Of a stretch of DNA of 64,000 nucleotides, positions 58,087-64,000 are shown piece after piece. Where the stretch lies: positions 64,397-128,396 of the forward strand of contig CALRDV010000002.1 of NCBI GenBank assembly GCA_943355005.1, read 5' to 3'. The notes beneath the pieces are model-generated. The model was not told the DNA's origin and made no database searches. It saw only the letters and a program-made list of their open reading frames with translations. Positions within the stretch are counted from its first letter, which is position 1. The number at the start of each line of letters is the position of its first letter. The position numbers and the translations under genes are program-made. This stretch comes from Patescibacteria group bacterium (GTDB lineage Bacteria; Patescibacteriota; Microgenomatia; UBA1400; MFAQ01).

Positions 58087-59958
58087 CTAACGGATTGTCA
58101 AACTCAGTACTTCTTTCTTGCGAATTACATAGATCCCTTTAGAACTTGGCAACAAGAACGAATTCTCGTCGACATATGGTTCTGTATCGGGAAATTCCTT
58201 TGTCTGAACAATTCTGCCGTTTACGATTTCGGCACGAACTATCCCGTCATTGGTAGCATTCAAGATAAAGTCACCTATTGGCAGCTTACCTCGAATTTTT
58301 CCTAACCAGGAACCATCCCCATTTTCACACTCCTCAGTGGCCTCAATTTCCCCCAGTGAGTTAATCACCTGAACTCTGTTGATGATCTTGGAGCCACTCT
58401 TTTCCGTAGTCATAAACCATGCATGAGTACCGGCGAACACACAAGTCGAATCGATCAATTGTCCTTTAACGGGAACAATCTTTACAGAATCGTTAATACC
58501 GGACCTATTAGCGTCAAACACAAAAGCGCGAGTCAAATTATCAGCCCGGTAAAAACCAAAGCCAAATTTTTCACCCACCCAAAAAAGCGTCTGACCTTCA
58601 AGAACACTTCCGATGATCTCGGGACCTAAAGATTCATCACGATAGAGAAAACCACCGCTAGACCAGTAGTAATGTTTAGAATTAGCGTCGATGGTCGGTA
58701 AGTTCCCAAAGGAATCCACCGCAATCTTCTCAGCCGCTTTTCCGTTTTCCAAGACTACCATCAGTCCATTTTTAGCCACTATCGTCTTGTTTGCCTGTAT
58801 CCGATACCTCATACCCACATCCAAGCCACCTTCCAAACTTACTGCTCCATCTTCACGAAGAAACCGACCATTTTCGTTATAGAGGTATTTCAACTCTCCT
58901 TTTTGCACTGTTGCGTATACTATCAAACCTCCTGTTTGAAAAGCAAAATCTACCCGGACGTTTCCTCTGATCTGGGTTACCTTCTGAGCTGCCACTCCGG
59001 CAGAACAATTAGGGCAGATACTTCGAGCATGCTCATAACCACAGTTCAGACATTTTCCAAACCTAATCTGCAAAAGCTTTGTCGGGAACTCTCCTCTTTC
59101 TCCTTTTTCAAAGGTTTTAAAAAAGAAATCCAATAAATCATCCGGCAGAATATGCATTGGGGTCGCCGGTTTTGGATAAACCACTTCAGGGTTAAAAATA
59201 CTTATTCCCCGGAGAGGTCTTGCATCCAGTGTCACCAAGTTTTTTCTATCTTTCGGCTTATAAACTCCTCCCCACGGACGCACATACAATAGTGCTTCCA
59301 TGAGCATAACGACATAGGCGTACCAATCAGACAAGTCATCGTGAGGCTTGATCATCTTCAGAGACTTCTGTTTAGGATCACAATGCTTCGGATCTACATA
59401 AGCAGCCGTAAACATTGGACTCAAATATTTACTATTCCCCATACTGTCAGCATCACACAATTTTGCCTTTGCTTGCTTGATTAACACATTAAGACTATTA
59501 AAATCAGAAATTACTACTCCGGCTTCATGGGTCTGTTTCACCGTGGGGTGTAGATCGGCAAAGATCTGCATCATCACATTGTTTCCAATACCACCGACTT
59601 CACGAAAGTCCCTATCAAGATACTGCATCAAAGTTTCATAACCTTTCAAGTACTCCATTTCATAACCCAATATTTTTCTCCCGGACAAGTCCGTAAGAAG
59701 ATCTAGGGGCACCACCACACTTGATGGCAACATGGCAAAAGGAAACTCTCGAAGTTTCGTTTGATGCATAATAATTCTTTTTTCTGCTTCTTTTTGTTGA
59801 TCCGGAAACATATCAAAATCAGGATCGTTTCTTTCCTTAAAGATTTTCCCTACCCTGGAAGGGCTAGTTTCGTAAATATATGCTTCCCCGCCTTTCCCTC
59901 TCAACTTACTGGGATCCAAGGGAACTCTTTCTCCATTTCTATAAGCAACTCTATGCAT
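58087..59958 (-). CDS. Protein-kinase-like (Ser/Thr kinase fold) protein with internal zinc ribbon and C-terminal beta-rich domain
   Basis: Gly-rich loop GKGGEAYIYE and VGKIFK lysine; catalytic-loop-like VISDFNSLNVLI (D...N); DADSMG (DFG-like); CLNCGYEHARSICPNC ribbon. Confidence 0.5.
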   Translation of the reverse strand: MHRVAYRNGERVPLDPSKLRGKGGEAYIYETSPSRVGKIFKERNDPDFDMFPDQQKEAEKRIIMHQTKLREFPFAMLPSSVVVPLDLLTDLSGRKILGYEMEYLKGYETLMQYLDRDFREVGGIGNNVMMQIFADLHPTVKQTHEAGVVISDFNSLNVLIKQAKAKLCDADSMGNSKYLSPMFTAAYVDPKHCDPKQKSLKMIKPHDDLSDWYAYVVMLMEALLYVRPWGGVYKPKDRKNLVTLDARPLRGISIFNPEVVYPKPATPMHILPDDLLDFFFKTFEKGERGEFPTKLLQIRFGKCLNCGYEHARSICPNCSAGVAAQKVTQIRGNVRVDFAFQTGGLIVYATVQKGELKYLYNENGRFLREDGAVSLEGGLDVGMRYRIQANKTIVAKNGLMVVLENGKAAEKIAVDSFGNLPTIDANSKHYYWSSGGFLYRDESLGPEIIGSVLEGQTLFWVGEKFGFGFYRADNLTRAFVFDANRSGINDSVKIVPVKGQLIDSTCVFAGTHAWFMTTEKSGSKIINRVQVINSLGEIEATEECENGDGSWLGKIRGKLPIGDFILNATNDGIVRAEIVNGRIVQTKEFPDTEPYVDENSFLLPSSKGIYVIRKKEVLSLTIR

Positions 59959-59970
59959 GGGGTCTCCTTT

Positions 59971-60840
59971 CTACAATCTACTAACGACCACCACAGCTAA
60001 ATCGTCCTTTAGAATCGCCGGTTGTGTTTCCATTTCGGACACAGCCCAATCAATTCTCTTTTTTTCGGTAGCTAACAAGTTTAGTCTCCACCCTAATGCT
60101 TCAGTGTTTTCAAAATACTCCTTGTTACTCCAAAAATCTTCAGGGCCACCCACGGGATTTCTTGTTCCGGGAACGATTTTTGTCGGATCTTTAAGAAACC
60201 ATTCAATCCCATCAGTAGCGATCATCGCTGATTGCACTGTTTTTGTGGAGACCGCATGCCGAACCCTCAGTCTCAAATCTTCTGTGGTCAATCTTTTCGA
60301 GGTCGTTCCAACCAAATTATACGCAAGACAAGGGGGCATATTATCAACATCTTTGGCAAACATTTCGTACATTTGACCATTTAAGAAATAATTTCCATCT
60401 CCTGTGCCGAAAAACAAAGTGATTTCGGGAGTTACTACCATTCCCACAATAGTAAACAAAAAATGTTTAATTATGGCTCTGGAATAACTTCCCCCCATTG
60501 CGTGTGAAGTAGACTCAATTAGGTTTAGAGTGTGCTTTTGAGTTTCCTCCCACAACTCTCTCCCCCTTAACATCGAATTCCACTTCCACTTTGGCGCACT
60601 TTCCAGACGGCCGGCAATATAGTTTGCAATGGCTGTAACACCAATTGTTGACCCAACTTCAGCGTGAAGAGAATCAATCGGGTCTCCCATTCCATCTCCT
60701 ACAACAGCGACCAATAAATCTTGTTTCTCAACCACAAGAAGTGCGTCTTGACAGTTTTTTTTGATCCTTACATGATCGGCGCCAATTACAATTCCCGAAG
60801 AAACTTTGATCTGATTCACAAAAACCTCCTTAACTCTCAA
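59971..60840 (-). CDS. PP2C-family Ser/Thr protein phosphatase
   Basis: VAVVGDGMGD (DGMGG-like metal-binding motif) plus other PP2C acidic residues. Confidence 0.65.
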   Translation of the reverse strand: MRVKEVFVNQIKVSSGIVIGADHVRIKKNCQDALLVVEKQDLLVAVVGDGMGDPIDSLHAEVGSTIGVTAIANYIAGRLESAPKWKWNSMLRGRELWEETQKHTLNLIESTSHAMGGSYSRAIIKHFLFTIVGMVVTPEITLFFGTGDGNYFLNGQMYEMFAKDVDNMPPCLAYNLVGTTSKRLTTEDLRLRVRHAVSTKTVQSAMIATDGIEWFLKDPTKIVPGTRNPVGGPEDFWSNKEYFENTEALGWRLNLLATEKKRIDWAVSEMETQPAILKDDLAVVVVSRL

Positions 60841-60907
60841 TTTTGTAGTTCAATTTTCAAGGAACCAAATACTTAGTGTATTTATGACACCATTATATAC
60901 CAAATCT

Positions 60908-60926
60908 TAGTGTTGTCAATACACTA
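60908..60926. promoter_or_regulatory. Operator-like palindrome TAGTGTT-GTCAA-TACACTA overlapping a TTGTCA(-35)-N17-TAAATA promoter upstream of 61075
   Basis: Inverted repeat seen directly. A weaker copy lies at 60866-60884 and a perfect copy at 61962-61980. Confidence 0.45.
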
Positions 60927-61074
60927 TTTTGAACCTAAATAAGGTTCATGCGCTCTATTATATAGACATTTCCCTCAAAATTACCCACTCGTAGGTAATT
61001 CGTACAGCAAGAACTTTTATAGGATATTTTTGCACCATTTTGACTTACCTGAACAAAACTTATAAAATACCCTC

Positions 61075-61635
61075 ATGAACAAAACGTCCCTGTTGATTAA
61101 ACCTACCATCCTTTCCATCACCTTTCTCCTTCTCACTTCCCCGGTATTTGCGGCCAATACAGACATTAAAGGCAAAAACCTTAAAAGTCTTCCGAAAATG
61201 GAAATCTCTGCCGTAAAAAATAAAATTTGCAAATCAAAAGAAGAAGATACCAAAACTCGCATGACTCAGCTTACGAAACTGGTAGCCTCCATGGAAACGG
61301 TTTTTGATCGAATCGCTGAAGGTGTCAAAAAATACTACACAGACAAGGTTCTTACTTCGGGGAAAACTGTGACTAACTACGACAAACTTGTCAAGGATAT
61401 TGCCGACAAAAAAGCACTTATTCAAACACAGCTTGACAAGGCAAAGTCAGATATCGGCAATTTAAATTGTGAGGATGGCACAGCTAAGAATACTACTGCT
61501 CAATTTCACACCAATATGAAAGCCGTCAAAGAAGGTCTAAAAAACTACAGAAAATCTGTCAATACTCTCATCGTCGCAGTCCACACTGTTGATAAAAACA
61601 TCAAAGTGTCACCCACCATTACTCCGGCCAATTAA
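61075..61635 (+). CDS. Secreted coiled-coil protein (hypothetical)
   Basis: Signal peptide (LLTSPVFAANT); K/E-rich helical repeats. Confidence 0.5.
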   Translation: MNKTSLLIKPTILSITFLLLTSPVFAANTDIKGKNLKSLPKMEISAVKNKICKSKEEDTKTRMTQLTKLVASMETVFDRIAEGVKKYYTDKVLTSGKTVTNYDKLVKDIADKKALIQTQLDKAKSDIGNLNCEDGTAKNTTAQFHTNMKAVKEGLKNYRKSVNTLIVAVHTVDKNIKVSPTITPAN

Positions 61636-61650
61636 TATCACTCAAAGTCC

Positions 61651-61905
61651 ATGCCCAAAACAAACCAAAATAGCAATAAAGAAACCAAATTATTTTTACT
61701 AATTGTCCTTCTAGTCCTGGTAGGCTACCTTTTTACTTCTAAGAAAAGTGAAACTGCCAAAACAACAGCACCCGCTCCACTATCTGCCGAAAACATTACC
61801 GACACCTCAAGTCTTGAAAACGCTCAAGACAAGCTTAACTCTGTCAACATCGATTCTTTAGACCTAGAACTAAACAAACTAAACTCAGACTCTTCTGCTT
61901 TTTAG
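61651..61905 (+). CDS. Small single-TM protein (hypothetical)
   Basis: 84 aa with an N-terminal TM helix (LFLLIVLLVLVGYLF). Confidence 0.4.
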   Translation: MPKTNQNSNKETKLFLLIVLLVLVGYLFTSKKSETAKTTAPAPLSAENITDTSSLENAQDKLNSVNIDSLDLELNKLNSDSSAF

Positions 61906-61961
61906 GTCGACTCTCAAAGCTTCCTCACCTGCACGAACTTCCTCTTGCGCTTGACAATACT

Positions 61962-61980
61962 TAGTGTAAGCTATACACTA
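61962..61980. promoter_or_regulatory. Operator-like perfect palindrome TAGTGTA-AGCTA-TACACTA within a TTGACA-N17-TACACT promoter upstream of 62009
   Basis: Perfect 7-bp inverted-repeat arms; the same half-sites occur at 60908. Confidence 0.5.
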
Positions 61981-62008
61981 CATTATGATAGTGTAATTAA
62001 TACACAAT

Positions 62009-62929
62009 ATGACAAAACCACTTAAAGCTGTTTACTGTTACTACTTTCCTGAAGTCAGAAAAATAATTGATGAAGCTACCTCCTCTTATCCTCACGAAAT
62101 TTTTCTCAAATCCGTCAATCCCGGTCTCGACGATTTTCACCATAAAGCTCTAGACGCCTACATCAAACACTTTAAATATGAACTTCCAGATCTTAATTCC
62201 TTCCCCTTCAAATATGTTTCAGGTGGAGCTAGTGAGAGTATCTTTCACCTCCTTTCTTATATCAAAGCAAACAGACCGGATACCCCACTTTATGTCCTAA
62301 AAGGTGAATACGAAGGTTATGCCGGCTATGGTTCGAACTTAGGCCTTAGATTTACCATAGTGAATGATCTGTTGGATTTACTCACCCTCCCCAAAGGCAT
62401 TCTCTTTCTATCAAACCCTTCAGCGCGGGACGGCAATATCATTCCCGACTCAGAAATTCTAAAAGTTGCTGATTCGGGCCAGCAAATAATTTACGATGCA
62501 ACTTATGTTGGCCTTACAGATCCTCACCGATTCGAGCTAGGTCACCCAAATATAATCGCCGTAATTGTTTCGCTTAGTAAACCTTTCGGTCTCTACTACT
62601 ATCGCATTGGCTTTACCTTTAGCAGGTTCGAGATAAAAACTCTTGAAGTTAACAAGTGGTTTAAAAATATCTTATCTCTCATCATCGCCGAAAAAGTATT
62701 AAACCAAATTGATTCAAAAAAACTTGTCAACCAGTACCGGGTTCTTCAAAAGAAAGCCGTCTCTCAAATGAATTCTGATTTAGGACTTGATGCCAAGCCA
62801 AGCCAAGTGGTTTTACTTGCTCATTCCAATCAAGAGTCAAACCCCTCAATGGAAATTTACAACCGAGGCAGCAACTATCGATTTTGCCTTACACCATATT
62901 ATTTAATCAAAGAAAGGGGTTATATCTAA
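62009..62929 (+). CDS. PLP-dependent aminotransferase-fold enzyme (class I/II, HisC/CobD-like), short form
   Basis: FLSNPSARDGNI matches the NPxNPTG substrate motif. SLSKPFGLYYYRIGF matches the SxSKxxGxxGxRxG PLP-lysine motif. Confidence 0.5.
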   Translation: MTKPLKAVYCYYFPEVRKIIDEATSSYPHEIFLKSVNPGLDDFHHKALDAYIKHFKYELPDLNSFPFKYVSGGASESIFHLLSYIKANRPDTPLYVLKGEYEGYAGYGSNLGLRFTIVNDLLDLLTLPKGILFLSNPSARDGNIIPDSEILKVADSGQQIIYDATYVGLTDPHRFELGHPNIIAVIVSLSKPFGLYYYRIGFTFSRFEIKTLEVNKWFKNILSLIIAEKVLNQIDSKKLVNQYRVLQKKAVSQMNSDLGLDAKPSQVVLLAHSNQESNPSMEIYNRGSNYRFCLTPYYLIKERGYI

Positions 62930-62930
62930 G

Positions 62931-63809
62931 ATGAGACAAGCTGAAAACTTTAGTATTATTGCCGGAACCGGGGCCTGCAATGCTTCTTGCCCATTCTGTG
63001 TTTCCAAAATGACAGGTATTAAGGCTCTTGGTTTACACCCCCAGCCGATAAATTGGCGCAACTTTGAAAAAGCAGCCCGGCTTGCCAAAGATTACTTTGT
63101 GGGCAGTGTCATGATTACCGGCAAAGGTGAACCCACTCTCTTCCCCGACCAAATCACTTCTTATCTTGAGCATTTGGAACCTTACAAGTTTCCCTTAATA
63201 GATTTACAAACCAATGGAATCAACTTAATCAGCCAAAAAAACCGTTACGAATCCTACCTAAAAAAGTGGTACGACCTTGGTCTTTCCTGGATTGCGATTT
63301 CTATTATTCATTATATTCCGGAGGAAAATCACAAAGTTTACAACCCATATGCCAAAGAGTATATCGATCTTCCCAAACTGGTAAAACACCTAAAAAGCTT
63401 TGGTTATTCTGTCCGATTCAGTGTCACTATGCACAAGGGCGCTATCGATACTCCTAGAAAAGTTTTGAAAATAATCGAATTTGCTAAATCTCTGGGGGTT
63501 GAACAGCTCACGCTCAGAAAAATTGCTAAGCCAACCGTGAGCGAAAACGACGATATTGGAAAATGGACCAAAAAACATTTTTTGTCTGAAACGAAACTAT
63601 ATTTAATCAAAGCATTTATAGAAAAAATAGGTCACAGACTTCTTACCACGGGCCACAATGCGGGTATCTACGATGTGAATGGTCAGAACGTCTGTCTTAC
63701 AAACGCCCTCACCATCGATGCCGACCCATCTCAAATTCGTCAACTCATTTTCTTTCCTGATGGTCGGATTAAATTTGACTGGCAATACTCTGGAGCCACT
63801 TTACTTTGA
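62931..63809 (+). CDS. Radical SAM enzyme (no SPASM/twitch domain)
   Basis: CNASCPFC (Cx3Cx2C) near the N-terminus and the GKGEPTL glycine-rich SAM motif. Translationally coupled to the PLP enzyme (stop and start 1 nt apart). Confidence 0.7.
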   Translation: MRQAENFSIIAGTGACNASCPFCVSKMTGIKALGLHPQPINWRNFEKAARLAKDYFVGSVMITGKGEPTLFPDQITSYLEHLEPYKFPLIDLQTNGINLISQKNRYESYLKKWYDLGLSWIAISIIHYIPEENHKVYNPYAKEYIDLPKLVKHLKSFGYSVRFSVTMHKGAIDTPRKVLKIIEFAKSLGVEQLTLRKIAKPTVSENDDIGKWTKKHFLSETKLYLIKAFIEKIGHRLLTTGHNAGIYDVNGQNVCLTNALTIDADPSQIRQLIFFPDGRIKFDWQYSGATLL

Positions 63810-64000
63810 TTCAGCCAAATCAGTTAAACACTTAACCGAACTTGTCACATTCCCTAGAGTAAAGATGCTAATTCCTCCAATGTTTAAGTCTGCCCTATTT
63901 TTCTCTGCCAACTCCTTCAGGAAATCATTCGGAGAAAATCCTGTTATCACCCCGGTCGCTAGCGAAGCCGCCAACTTTGGCTTAGATTTGAGAAAAGCAA
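63804..64000 (-). CDS. Partial CDS (N-terminus beyond window), hypothetical
   Basis: Open minus-strand frame ending at TAA (63801-63803), C-terminal sequence ...NIGGISIFTLGNVTSSVKCLTDLAESK. Convergent with the radical SAM gene. Confidence 0.3.

Noticed and set aside
1-64000. CRISPR arrays, rRNA genes, additional tRNAs.
   Set aside because: No regularly spaced direct repeats with unique spacers. No 16S/23S/5S signature stretches. Only two GTTCGAATC T-loop signatures (both reported) were found on either strand.

Overview
The window reads as a low-GC (about 37-40%) compact bacterial genome with small overlaps and short intergenic gaps between genes. Gene content and style suggest a reduced Patescibacteria/CPR-like lineage. 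Most of it is housekeeping: ATP-dependent DNA ligase, RecF, Fpg, FtsH, TrpRS, NrdR with a class II NrdJ ribonucleotide reductase and CobO, two class A PBPs flanking a GH18 protein, a pentose/nucleoside-salvage cluster, a Rrf2-sufCBD-sufS-iscU Fe-S operon next to DsbA/CcdA, an RNase J-like beta-CASP nuclease, PrmC, an L,D-transpeptidase and a Crp/Fnr regulator. I found two tRNA genes, tRNA-Met(CAU) and an unusual tRNA-Ile(UAU). Between them lie a LAGLIDADG-like HTH protein, FtsB, a tyrosine recombinase and a VirD4/TraD-like ATPase. Accessory or unusual content: (1) a family of short GTCATT-initiated hairpin repeats at five loci, one inserted in-frame into iscU; (2) a compositionally distinct (GC-richer) block encoding a vWA (TerY-like) protein, an isochorismatase-family hydrolase, a protein-kinase-like protein and a PP2C phosphatase, i.e. 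a TerY-P-like phosphorylation triad with an extra hydrolase; (3) a PLP-dependent aminotransferase-fold enzyme plus radical-SAM enzyme operon preceded by two small secreted/membrane proteins, with promoters that carry the same TAGTGTA-N5-TACACTA palindrome. I saw no rRNA and no CRISPR array. All calls come from reading the six-frame translations and the sequence by eye; I could not run homology searches.
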